Shown here in pieces: positions 44,859-54,169 of a stretch of DNA of 64,000 nt. Location: the sequence record NC_061445.1, one strand, 5' to 3'. The notes under the pieces were generated by a model. The model was not told the origin of the DNA and ran no database searches. It saw nothing but the letters and a program-made list of their open reading frames with translations. How positions within the stretch are numbered: position 1 is the stretch's first letter; each line of letters starts with the position of its first letter. Position numbers and translations under genes: made by a program.

Positions 44859-45956
44859 TTATCCGCGTACTGCTTTCGCAACGGAACGCACGTTCGCCAG
44901 AGTGAAGGAGAAGGTGCTTGACAGCAACCAGCCGCGGTCGGTGTTACCCATGTTCGCGCCGGAAGTCGGGGTAGACTGGGTACCGCCACGAGTGGTGTAC
45001 ACTGCGTGGTAGTCCTGGTCTGCCAGAACGTACAGCTCACCGTCGTGCAGCACACGGTGCTCTGGAGCGCGGAAGCCGTCAGTTACCAGCTCCATACCCA
45101 GCAGAGTACCCAGACGGCCGGTAGTGATCAGGTCATACTTAGACACAGGGTCCAGAGCAGAGGTGAACTGATCGTTACCAACGATATCGTTCCAGTAGTC
45201 CTGCGCCATCACAGCGGTGCTAACAGGCAGCGGCCAGCTTGACACAGAATTTTTCAGAGTAGACAGCAGACGCGGAGTCAGGTCACCGTGAACCCAGGTG
45301 ATTGGGTTAGCGATACCAACTGCCTGGTCACAAGCAGTTTTCCACAGACGGTCTTCTGCAACCATGATAGATTGCAGGCCATCTTGCTGCGCGCGGTCCA
45401 GCAGGTCGCCGTTGATCTGATCCAGATCCATTTTGCTAACACGGATGTTGGATTTCAGTTCGAACTCAGCAGGCGTGTAAACACGACCGCGGAATTGACG
45501 GTAACCGTAGTCGGTAGGACCGGTTGCGATGATAGCTTCTGCCTGGTGGATTTTCAGTTCGATACGAGCGATATCGCCTTGACGAACGGTAGCACCTTTA
45601 CAGACCTTGCGCAGCAGGCCGGCACGTTCAGCACGGTCTTCGATAGATGCAACGATAGATGCACCCAGAGAAGCCCACTTCTGACCGCTGCCGTCAGCGA
45701 TAGCTTCCTGGAACAGTTCGATCTTCTCAGCTTCGGACAGGCCGTTGTCGCTAGAGACAGAGTGAACCAGTTCACCGGTTTGGAAGCTGTTCATCAGCTT
45801 GCTGATTTGTCCCAGCAGGTCTTTTTGGCTTGATGCGTTAATCTCACCAGTAGATGAGGACAACGCCAGCTCGCCTTTACCGCCGAAACGCAGGTCTTCG
45901 ATAGGGGCGCCAGAACGCAGGGTTACTTTCGCGCCGCGCATTACAGAATTGTTCAT
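44859..45956 (-). CDS. Major capsid protein (HK97-fold, 365 aa precursor)
   Basis: Size, strongly biased codons, position after scaffold and decoration genes; TPAEFELKSNIRVSKMDL..AEDRLW and GRLGTLLG. Confidence 0.85.
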   Translation of the reverse strand: MNNSVMRGAKVTLRSGAPIEDLRFGGKGELALSSSTGEINASSQKDLLGQISKLMNSFQTGELVHSVSSDNGLSEAEKIELFQEAIADGSGQKWASLGASIVASIEDRAERAGLLRKVCKGATVRQGDIARIELKIHQAEAIIATGPTDYGYRQFRGRVYTPAEFELKSNIRVSKMDLDQINGDLLDRAQQDGLQSIMVAEDRLWKTACDQAVGIANPITWVHGDLTPRLLSTLKNSVSSWPLPVSTAVMAQDYWNDIVGNDQFTSALDPVSKYDLITTGRLGTLLGMELVTDGFRAPEHRVLHDGELYVLADQDYHAVYTTRGGTQSTPTSGANMGNTDRGWLLSSTFSFTLANVRSVAKAVRG

Positions 45957-46015
45957 TAGTTGCTCCTGAGAATAATCTCGTAAGTTTCAGTTCAAACAGT
46001 TACGGTGCGCGACGA

Positions 46016-46723
46016 TTAAGCGCCGTAAGAGGAAGACATTTCGACGATCAGGTAACCACGTTCAGTGGTAGGCGCCTGCTTGATAACGCAGCCTTTCAGC
46101 ACGGTACCGTTACCGCCGATGGTCAGCAGACCGTTCGGGCCGAGGGTTGGGTGGATAACGTTGTCAGCAGACCAGTCAGCAGTCGGGTCAAACATAGAGG
46201 TAGCGATGTTACCCAGTTTGATGTAACCACAACGACCCTGAACGTTAGAAGCCAGGCCACCGATAGGAGCATCAGCAGTGTAAGAACGCGCTTCGGTCAC
46301 AGACAGTTCGTAAGCATACTGGATGCGAACTTTCTTGCCTTCGTCGTCAGCGTGGAAGTACAGGTCAGCACCCTGAACACCGACTTTACCTTCTGCGGTA
46401 GGAGTCGCGCTGGCTTCCTGATCAGCTTTAGCGCCGTCAATTTTAACCAGAAGTGCACCAGCGTCTGGAACGCGAGTTGCAGTGAACTTACGAGTCGCGT
46501 CGATAGTGAACTCTTCAACGCGGTTCATGTGCGAAGGCGGCATGGAGCGAGCCAGTGCGAAACCAGCAAACACTTCGTTAGCAGCGCCGGTAGACAGACG
46601 CAGGAAGGAGTGACCGCCTTCACGAGCCCATACCAGTGCAACACCTTCTTCGTGGATTACTTCGCCCGGCAGCAGGTCAGCTTCCTGGGTCTGTACGATA
46701 TCGGTAGCATTTTGAAACAACAT
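46016..46723 (-). CDS. Head decoration/cement-like structural protein (~235 aa)
   Basis: Directly upstream of the capsid gene with biased codons; the RBS favours MLFQN (46723) over the track start 46738. Confidence 0.6.
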   Translation of the reverse strand: MLFQNATDIVQTQEADLLPGEVIHEEGVALVWAREGGHSFLRLSTGAANEVFAGFALARSMPPSHMNRVEEFTIDATRKFTATRVPDAGALLVKIDGAKADQEASATPTAEGKVGVQGADLYFHADDEGKKVRIQYAYELSVTEARSYTADAPIGGLASNVQGRCGYIKLGNIATSMFDPTADWSADNVIHPTLGPNGLLTIGGNGTVLKGCVIKQAPTTERGYLIVEMSSSYGA

Positions 46724-46778
46724 AATCAGTTTCTCCAATGAGAGAGATATGTGAGAGACAAACCTTCACAGGCTGCAA

Positions 46779-48818
46779 TTACTTGCAGCGCAGGCGAGCG
46801 AGTTTATCTTCGAACGATGAGTCAGTGGAAGCTGAACTCTGGGATTCAACGGTTTCTTCTTCCTGAGACAGGAGCTGTGCAGCAGACGGCTGTGCTTTAG
46901 GAGCAACAGCAGGAGCTTGCTGAACAACGTTGGCACGAGCAGCGGTAACAGTACCAGCAGCCGCGTCGATAGACTCAGAAATTTCGTTCTGTGCCACTTC
47001 GGACTTGGACATCAAGTCGTTAGCTTTGGACAGAGCGACAGTAAGGAAGTCCTTACCGTGAGCGATGAACGCTTGCTCAATCAGAGCGCGTGGGTCTTTG
47101 ATACCGGCCGCAGTGAGCGAGCGGGACAGAGAATCCACGATTGGGTTGCTTGCATCGCCCCAGAAGTTTTTGGTGATACCCAACTGAGCAGCAGACAGAG
47201 CAGCAACGAAACGTTCGCTGTGTGCAGCGGTCGCTTCTTCGATAGTTGCTGTGACGTTCGCAGTAGCTTCGCTAATACGAGTGTCAGATTCTGCCACCAG
47301 CAGTTTATCTACCGGCATTTCGATCTGATACGGCATAAAGCCGAATGCTTCACAAGTGCCGGTCACGCCTGTCTGATTCAGAGAGTGTGATACTGCACGG
47401 ATGAAATTATCAGATTCGAAACTTTTCGCTGCGTTTTCTTCGCCAACAGCACCAGATACAGAGGCGAACGTTGCGCGAGCGATTGGCTGGCCATCGTAGT
47501 ACATGTGTACTGCGGCGACTTTACCAGTTGAGCGGCTCAGGCTGACCAGTGAAGGGTCGAGCGTACCGTGCTGCGCCTGTGCAGTAGACAGGCTATTGAA
47601 GACGCGATTAACGACCTTGCTCTCAGAGTCAAACTCGTCTTCTTCGTCGTCGAGATCCAGGTCATCTTCTTCCAGATCGTCTTCGTCGTCGAGGTCTTCG
47701 TCGTCATCTGAGCTAGACTCGGAATCGAAGTCATCTTCTTCAAGATCATCTTCTTCCAAGTCTTCGTCGTCGAGGTCGTCTTCTTCAAGATCGTCCTCTT
47801 CGTCTTCCTCGTCGTCAGAGCTGGATTCAGAGTCAAACTCATCATCTTCCAGATCTTCCATGTCTTCGTCGTCGAGGTCGTCTTCGTCCAGATCTTCGTC
47901 GTCGAGGTCTTCCTCGTCGTCGATATCATCGTCTTCGTCATCGTTAGATGATTCAGAATCGAAGTCGTCATCTTCCTCGTCGTCGTCCATATCTTCGAGG
48001 TCGTCTTCTTCAACGATATCAATATCGCTATCGTCGCCAGACGTTGACGCTTCTACTGGTTCGTCAACCAGCGCAGCAGAGCAATGTGCGCAGAACACAG
48101 GCTCTTCGTCGGAGCTTACAGTGAACGGCTGGTCGCATTTAGCGGAGCAGCTATACATGTGAGCTTCAACTTCACCGTTAGTCGCGGCAGAAGACAGCGC
48201 GGTAACAGCTTCAGGAGATTCCTGAGGTTCGCAACTATCAACAGCCTGGCCGGTGTACGGGTCGAAGTTTGCAGCAACAGCAGCATTAAAGCTACCAGTG
48301 CTAGACACGGCGGTAAACGCGTGTGCGTTGCTCAGTGCCTGTGCGAAGTTGCGTTGAGCTTCTTCGGCGGTAGCGCCTGTAGCAACCAGACCAGCGTGTT
48401 CAACTTGCTCGTCCGCAGCAGCGGATTCAGCCAGGAACTGAGTAACACGCTCGTCGGTGATTTCAGACAGGTCAGCAGAGCACGATGGGCAGCAGCCCTG
48501 TACCAGAGCAGAGCTATCAGAGATAACGTGGCTACCACAACCATCAAGACAGATGGTGTAATGAGCTTTCACATCACCAGCAGAAGACTGCGACTGGACT
48601 TCGGCGCGCTCAACCAAATCAGGATGCTCTTCCAGCAGCTCATTGCCGCCTTTCGGATTGTAGAGGTCAGCGCCACTCTGCGAAGCAAAGCCTACACCGT
48701 CAGAGGACCCGAAAATCATCAGGTTCTGTCCGAGTGCAGTACGGCGAAAGTTCTCTACTGCCTGATTATGGTTTTTACCGACACACAGGATACCCGCGAG
48801 TTGGGTAATCTTTGGCAT
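46779..48818 (-). CDS. Prohead core/scaffold-like protein with CxxC motifs and a very acidic central tract (~679 aa)
   Basis: Between the protease and capsid genes; D/E tract of about 150 aa; CxxC clusters. The RBS favours MPKIT (48818). Confidence 0.7.
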   Translation of the reverse strand: MPKITQLAGILCVGKNHNQAVENFRRTALGQNLMIFGSSDGVGFASQSGADLYNPKGGNELLEEHPDLVERAEVQSQSSAGDVKAHYTICLDGCGSHVISDSSALVQGCCPSCSADLSEITDERVTQFLAESAAADEQVEHAGLVATGATAEEAQRNFAQALSNAHAFTAVSSTGSFNAAVAANFDPYTGQAVDSCEPQESPEAVTALSSAATNGEVEAHMYSCSAKCDQPFTVSSDEEPVFCAHCSAALVDEPVEASTSGDDSDIDIVEEDDLEDMDDDEEDDDFDSESSNDDEDDDIDDEEDLDDEDLDEDDLDDEDMEDLEDDEFDSESSSDDEEDEEDDLEEDDLDDEDLEEDDLEEDDFDSESSSDDDEDLDDEDDLEEDDLDLDDEEDEFDSESKVVNRVFNSLSTAQAQHGTLDPSLVSLSRSTGKVAAVHMYYDGQPIARATFASVSGAVGEENAAKSFESDNFIRAVSHSLNQTGVTGTCEAFGFMPYQIEMPVDKLLVAESDTRISEATANVTATIEEATAAHSERFVAALSAAQLGITKNFWGDASNPIVDSLSRSLTAAGIKDPRALIEQAFIAHGKDFLTVALSKANDLMSKSEVAQNEISESIDAAAGTVTAARANVVQQAPAVAPKAQPSAAQLLSQEEETVESQSSASTDSSFEDKLARLRCK
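47615..48010 (-). repeat. Coding low-complexity repeat (GAC/GAT/GAA codons) with four FDSES units
   Basis: Direct reading of the sequence and translation. Confidence 0.85.
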
Positions 48819-48863
48819 GGTTAAAACCCTCATAGAATTTATAGTCGTTGAATCGACAGGTTA

Positions 48864-48870
48864 AAATTAA
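48864..48870 (-). promoter_or_regulatory. AT-rich regulatory region with a TAATTT core and a GCAGAAAAA/TTTTTCTGC inverted repeat (to about 48910)
   Basis: Intergenic, upstream of the scaffold-capsid operon. Confidence 0.4.
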
Positions 48871-48896
48871 GATATGCAGAAAAAATCAAGGAATTT

Positions 48897-50039
48897 TTAA
48901 ATTTTTCTGCTATCAATGTCAGCTTGTGGAATATAGCGATTTTCGAAGTATTTCGAGACAACTTCTACGCCATTTAAGGTGTATACGTTGCGTAAACTAT
49001 ATCCCCAAACCATCAGTTCTGCGAGCGTTGCGAAGTGCTCCGTAGGGACCGTTTTAATGGTACGTGCGGTCAGAGAATCTGGGTGGATTTTCTTGCCGCG
49101 AATGGCCTGATCGAACTTCATACGGTCTACGTTACGCAGCATCGTATCGTCCACAAAGTGGGCTAATTCGTGCGTAATAACGTGTGCCATACTCAGGCTA
49201 TTATACCCACCAAGCAACTGTACTAACTGCGCTGGATGGATTGAAATCGCACCATACAGGAAGCCATGCACACGGTACGTAGCGATATGACTACCACCAC
49301 TATCCGAGTTAGCTTTCAGAACGCCAACATACAGACGGTCGAAGGGCAGTGCAATGTTCAGGCCAACGCCGGGCATCACGTTTTCCTGAATGTCTTTGAG
49401 CACATAATCAGGAGGACTGACGCCATTCTTTTCGAACGATATCCCCGGCACACGCAGCTCATCCATACCTTTAACTTCAAGGTGGACTCTACCACATTTC
49501 TTAACAGGCTTGACAGCGTAGTTATTTGGTGTGCCGCCTGGGTAAACAGCAGAGGCATAACGCAGCGCTTTCATGTTGCCGAAATCGACTTCACCTAAAC
49601 GCTGAACCTGACGTGCTTTCATGCTGTCAGTTGTATCGTCATCACCTGCAACAGGCATTGGTGGGAGTTTATCGAGGGGTACGTTGACTTTCGAAGGAGG
49701 CAGAGGTTCTGGCGCAGGCTTCTTGACAACGGTAGGCTTAGCCTTTGGTTTAGACGCTTTCTTTTCTTCTTCGTAAGGCGTGAAGTTGAAGTCAGGCTTA
49801 AACAGCGCGTCAGGCTTCGCAGTGAATGGCCGGCTGGTGGTAGCAATCATGTCACCATCAACGCCACTGATCGCAGCAGCACGATCATATTTAGGGTGAG
49901 CTATGTAGTACAGGTCGCTATTGACTTGAAGCAGACCCACGACCTCACGCGGCTGCATACGAATGCCGTTTGAGATCATGGTGTCGTTACCCAGATAGCG
50001 ATAGTACGAATAGTCTAAGATAGATAGACCTTCCGCCAT
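48897..50039 (-). CDS. Zinc-metallopeptidase-like protein (HELAH...EHFA) with an N-terminal SH3-like domain (380 aa)
   Basis: HExxH motif plus a downstream E-x-F-A zincin-like motif. Confidence 0.65.
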   Translation of the reverse strand: MAEGLSILDYSYYRYLGNDTMISNGIRMQPREVVGLLQVNSDLYYIAHPKYDRAAAISGVDGDMIATTSRPFTAKPDALFKPDFNFTPYEEEKKASKPKAKPTVVKKPAPEPLPPSKVNVPLDKLPPMPVAGDDDTTDSMKARQVQRLGEVDFGNMKALRYASAVYPGGTPNNYAVKPVKKCGRVHLEVKGMDELRVPGISFEKNGVSPPDYVLKDIQENVMPGVGLNIALPFDRLYVGVLKANSDSGGSHIATYRVHGFLYGAISIHPAQLVQLLGGYNSLSMAHVITHELAHFVDDTMLRNVDRMKFDQAIRGKKIHPDSLTARTIKTVPTEHFATLAELMVWGYSLRNVYTLNGVEVVSKYFENRYIPQADIDSRKI

Positions 50040-50040
50040 A

Positions 50041-50820
50041 TTACGCCATCCTTAACAGGTGCTCTTTGTAGGTTGCGGCACATGCGAATGCCGGGTCGTC
50101 TACGCTACTGCACTCAAAGCCTGTCAGGAGTTTGCAGTCACGATAGACCAGACGCCCTGTACGTGCATCGAGATACGTAGGCTTGTTGAACGCTGTATGC
50201 GAACAGAAGTTACGCGCACGAGGTGTTACCAACTGACCACAGATACTGCATTTATATGCACGGTAGGTTGTGCCTTTGCTGTACGTGTTCAGTTCACCGC
50301 TCATGATTCGGTCGCAGCGCTCTTTGCAGCGTGTACGGTCGAATGCAAGCAGCAACGTCAGACGTGCGTGGTCGCCACGGAAGTTCTTGAGCTTCGACAG
50401 GTTAGAGTCAAAGATCATGCCCATAGCTTGACGGTAGTCTTTGTTGTTGTGCTCGATGAACGTCGGCTTACCGATGAACGTCTGATACGCAAGGCGTCCT
50501 TGGTCAGGGTTGAACGTCAACCATTCTTGCAGACTAAACGCATCACCGTTCGTGTTCGGAAGTTCTGTGATGTTCACAGGAACAGGCACGATGATATAGT
50601 CGCGGATATCGCGTGACGTGTTGTACTGCTCGGCAGCTTTAGGCAACCACACGTTCACGTCGAGGTTAAAAGAGCCAGTCTGAATACCGAAACGCGAAGC
50701 ATCCACACGAATAGACTTAGCTGTTTTGCTAACGTCTTCCTTGTGAAGGTCAATCGCGTTCAGTCCGACTAAGCCCATGTCCGAGGTATCAAACGACTCG
50801 GAACGAATGGACTGATCCAT
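50041..50820 (-). CDS. Prohead maturation protease (HK97/herpes-type fold with a Zn-ribbon insert; ~259 aa)
   Basis: PNTNGDAF, IEHN (His), YSKG (Ser), CSICG, FECSSVDDPA. The start was moved to MDQSI (GGAG RBS). Confidence 0.75.
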   Translation of the reverse strand: MDQSIRSESFDTSDMGLVGLNAIDLHKEDVSKTAKSIRVDASRFGIQTGSFNLDVNVWLPKAAEQYNTSRDIRDYIIVPVPVNITELPNTNGDAFSLQEWLTFNPDQGRLAYQTFIGKPTFIEHNNKDYRQAMGMIFDSNLSKLKNFRGDHARLTLLLAFDRTRCKERCDRIMSGELNTYSKGTTYRAYKCSICGQLVTPRARNFCSHTAFNKPTYLDARTGRLVYRDCKLLTGFECSSVDDPAFACAATYKEHLLRMA

Positions 50821-50830
50821 CGTGTTCTCC

Positions 50831-51241
50831 CTATTGGAATTTGTCGATATTGTTGCGCGTATTAGCCAGACGCACGTTACCCTCATCTGCTTGGAAGCAG
50901 TCAAGGTTGTCAGAGCTATTCAGCCAATAACGCAAGCGGCCATTAGAAATTACTGCACTTTCAACAAATGCAGGTACTTCAAAGCCATCTTTTGTTTTGA
51001 CATAGACCTCGACGCCGGGATAGAAAACGTCGAAGGACTTGGTGCTGAATATAGGCTGCACTATATCGCACTCACGAACAGGGTGCTGCGCATAGCGGCT
51101 TTGAATCATATAGATCGCCTCATCCTTGTTAATCAGGATAGAGTTGATCGTGCCACGTAGCGTACAAGGCGAACAATACTCAGACGGTACGTTGAATGAA
51201 ACAATGTCAGCGATGTTGTATGCAAAAGAGAACTGTGCCAT
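50831..51241 (-). CDS. Hypothetical protein (136 aa)
   Basis: GAGG RBS; two short SH3/KOW-like beta units. Confidence 0.65.
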   Translation of the reverse strand: MAQFSFAYNIADIVSFNVPSEYCSPCTLRGTINSILINKDEAIYMIQSRYAQHPVRECDIVQPIFSTKSFDVFYPGVEVYVKTKDGFEVPAFVESAVISNGRLRYWLNSSDNLDCFQADEGNVRLANTRNNIDKFQ

Positions 51242-51242
51242 G

Positions 51243-52028
51243 TTAACCTCTCAGTGCACCACGCGCCCATGACTTAGCCAACGCAAGAGTCATACGTGCA
51301 GGGTTATGCAGTTTGACTTCCCCTTTGTGGACAGCGGTGAAAGGCTCGTGTGCGTTCTGACCGCGACCAGAGCGATAGGCAGCTTCGTTGAAACCATCGA
51401 ACAGGGTAACTACCCAGCCCGTAGATTTCTCAGAGCACTCACCACATGCTTTATCCCACACAATCTTACCGCACACACGGCCACCAGCATTGACTGCATA
51501 GCTGATTTGCTCAGTGCCTTTGTAGACGTCTTGGGACTTGAGTGTCTTAAACGTCACACGGGAAGACGACTCGGAGCGTGGCACCATCTTCTCTTTCATC
51601 GACTCGATATCAAGCGATGACCAGAAAGACTCAAACAGCGCGGCAAACTTCTGCTCAATAGGCAGGTCTACCGCGTTGATTTGTGCAATGGTGCTGGAGC
51701 TATCAGCGAGCACACGGTTGAGGAAGTAGCCACCGAGAATAACAGGCATCTGTGTGCCTTGCGTTCCGGTAGTTAAGCCAGACTTCTTGCAGTAGATTTC
51801 TGACAGGCCGACAGCAAGACGCGCAAGAGTCATGAACGTTTGCTTCTCGGTGCTGCCAGCAACCTCTGTGTAGATACGCGCAGCAATAGCAGGTACGACA
51901 GTGCGCTTTGCCACGCTCAGGATATCTTCTGGCTTAATCTCTTGCCCCAGCTTCTTCTTCGCAGCCAGTTCGAATGCGTTAATCAGGCTGGCTTTGTTCG
52001 CTGGTGTCAGAGACTCGCTCAACTTCAT
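51243..52028 (-). CDS. Hypothetical protein (~261 aa; start uncertain: 52028, 52124 or 52160)
   Basis: Long ORF; the MKLSES start minimises overlap with the glycosyltransferase. Confidence 0.65.
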   Translation of the reverse strand: MKLSESLTPANKASLINAFELAAKKKLGQEIKPEDILSVAKRTVVPAIAARIYTEVAGSTEKQTFMTLARLAVGLSEIYCKKSGLTTGTQGTQMPVILGGYFLNRVLADSSSTIAQINAVDLPIEQKFAALFESFWSSLDIESMKEKMVPRSESSSRVTFKTLKSQDVYKGTEQISYAVNAGGRVCGKIVWDKACGECSEKSTGWVVTLFDGFNEAAYRSGRGQNAHEPFTAVHKGEVKLHNPARMTLALAKSWARGALRG

Positions 52029-53229
52029 AGTTGTCTGCTCTGAGCTGTTCACCAGACCTTGCTGGGGTTTCTTCTCCAGACGACGAACCCCCGACGTCGA
52101 TCTCATTAGTCGCTTCACTGTCATTTGATTGTTCCTGAGTAGTAGGCTGCAAGTAGGCAAGCAGCCCGGAGTTCTGAATTGCCTCGTTCAGGTCTTCGCC
52201 ACGGTGCGTGGTGAGCTGTGCGAGATAGTTAAGAGCCGGTTGGACCATACCGAGGTTGCGACAGCCCCAGTAGGCTAAGTCGTAGCACATGTCTAAATTA
52301 ATAGAGGTTTGGTCGAACAAGAAACTTTTTGGATTCTGCTTAACAGCGTCGATGCCCTGAATAGCAAAGCCTACAGCATTCATCATATCGTCACGACGAT
52401 AGAAGATATCAGCAAGCATCGCATAGCATTCAACGCGATCAGGTCTTGCAGCAATCGCACGGTAACAGGCAAAGATAGACTCCTGCGTGTAACCGCTTTT
52501 AAACTCTGCTTTCGCCAGTTCGAGGTTTGCAATCGCAACGTAGTCAGACCATTTAGCGATACCTGCGAGGCGTGCTACTTCGGCGCGAGCCATATCGAGC
52601 ATATCGAAGTGGTTGCCGTAGTTAACAGCATAGCAGAGTTCACGCGCGTAATAGAAACTGCAACGGTCATCATGCGGGTAGCTACCTACATCCAGACCAA
52701 GCTCCAACAGATAGTTGCGCTCTTTCTCCGTGTCAGGATAATGGTCAGTAGCAAACGTTGCTTCGACTGTACGCAGTCTCTGGTCAGGCTTACGCGACGA
52801 CAGGACTTCGTGCGCACGGTACTTCCAGAAGTAAGAGCGACGACGATACGCTTTCATCTGCTGGTAGTGACTATCACCGTTGCGCATCAGAATCCAAACT
52901 GCTTCGGCGTGTTTAATGTGTTTCGTATTGCGTAGCGTTTCAACCCAATTAGGATCATCGAAACGTTCGTCAATGTCGAGCCACACAACGAGGTCATCCT
53001 CTGTGAATGGCGTAGCGGCCAGCTCCCTGCTTGCACCCAGATTGCGTTCATCTGACACATCAAACGAGTGATAGATGTTTGGGTGCTGGAATGCCGCGAT
53101 GATGTTTGTGGTATTGTCCGTGCTGCCTGTATCAACGATACTGATCGCATCAGCAGCAGCAACGTGTTTCAACCACTCACCGATATTCTTTTCTTCATTA
53201 CGGCAGATAGCCGCTACGCAAATTCTCAT
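51979..53229 (-). CDS. GT2-family glycosyltransferase with a C-terminal TPR-like region (416 aa)
   Basis: ICRNEEKNI, VDTGSTDNT, GASRELA and WLDIDE (DxD); helical TPR-like repeats. Confidence 0.88.
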   Translation of the reverse strand: MRICVAAICRNEEKNIGEWLKHVAAADAISIVDTGSTDNTTNIIAAFQHPNIYHSFDVSDERNLGASRELAATPFTEDDLVVWLDIDERFDDPNWVETLRNTKHIKHAEAVWILMRNGDSHYQQMKAYRRRSYFWKYRAHEVLSSRKPDQRLRTVEATFATDHYPDTEKERNYLLELGLDVGSYPHDDRCSFYYARELCYAVNYGNHFDMLDMARAEVARLAGIAKWSDYVAIANLELAKAEFKSGYTQESIFACYRAIAARPDRVECYAMLADIFYRRDDMMNAVGFAIQGIDAVKQNPKSFLFDQTSINLDMCYDLAYWGCRNLGMVQPALNYLAQLTTHRGEDLNEAIQNSGLLAYLQPTTQEQSNDSEATNEIDVGGSSSGEETPARSGEQLRADNYEVERVSDTSEQSQPD

Positions 53230-53245
53230 ACATGCCTCATTTGGG

Positions 53246-54169
53246 TTATACTAAAATGTTGCCGCTATCCCACCAGCGCTTGCCGTAGATATCAGACAGG
53301 CGATAGTCAAGAATGAGTGGCTGGTCAAGATCGACTTGCGTTATGTAACGCTGTAAGTACGGACTCCAAACTGTTTTCTCCTCAGTGTAGAGTCGTATCT
53401 CCAATTCAATGTCGCCTTGAGAGTTCTTCGGTACGAACGGATGAGAGTAGTCCCCATCAAAGCCTGCACCGAGTGAGTCGTCAAAGTATGTGTACGCACG
53501 AATTTCTTCTGCGCTGTTAATCAGCGTCGGTGAGTACACTTGACGGTTGTAATACGAGGTGTAATCAGCAACAGTCGCTTGCATGACAGTGCGGCGCTTA
53601 TAGATACGCGTCACACCTTTGCTGTCTGTCTCAGCGCGGTACTGGTTGTAATACCAGCGAATCTCCGCAAACTTAACAGGCTTCAACTGTGGCTGACCTG
53701 CTGCATACCGCATGAACGGCTTCGCAGTGAAACGATGGTACGTCTTCTGCGTGTTCAATCTGTAGAGCAGAATCTGGTACGTGTACCACTGATAAACATC
53801 AAGGGTGATCGTACCGCTATCTGATTGCTGCGTACCGTTAGTGAGAATGTAAGAGAAACAGTCTGCACCAACGTAACCGCTGCGTGGGTTATAGAGGAAC
53901 GCATCGTTGAAGTAGTTCAGTCGCACTGTGCCCACCATCGGGTCGTTAACCTTGATAGCAGCAAGACGCCAGCCCCTTTGAGCTGGCACCTTATCGAGCA
54001 CACCCTCTGTCGGGCTATGCAGCGTCACTTCATCACGAGCGCCTTGTAAGATCTTTTCGAGTGTGATTTCAGTTTGACCTGAGTTACGCACTCGCACTGT
54101 CAGGTTCGGAGCTAATGGTTTGTAGTTACGCCAGTAGTCGAACGTACAAGGCAAAGAGAGCATAATCAC
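53246..54169 (-). CDS. Structural protein with a cadherin/Big_9-like Ig domain (307 aa)
   Basis: FLYNPRSGYVGADCFSYILTNG motif. Confidence 0.7.
   Translation of the reverse strand: MIMLSLPCTFDYWRNYKPLAPNLTVRVRNSGQTEITLEKILQGARDEVTLHSPTEGVLDKVPAQRGWRLAAIKVNDPMVGTVRLNYFNDAFLYNPRSGYVGADCFSYILTNGTQQSDSGTITLDVYQWYTYQILLYRLNTQKTYHRFTAKPFMRYAAGQPQLKPVKFAEIRWYYNQYRAETDSKGVTRIYKRRTVMQATVADYTSYYNRQVYSPTLINSAEEIRAYTYFDDSLGAGFDGDYSHPFVPKNSQGDIELEIRLYTEEKTVWSPYLQRYITQVDLDQPLILDYRLSDIYGKRWWDSGNILV

Noticed and set aside
47615-48010. Near-periodic repeats that might be a CRISPR-like array
   Set aside because: They are in-frame Asp/Glu codon repeats within a CDS, with no constant repeat plus unique spacers.
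48834-48845. TATAAATT, one mismatch from the T4 late promoter TATAAATA
   Set aside because: Single occurrence, too close to the start codon; the recurrent motif in this window is (GC)TAATTT.
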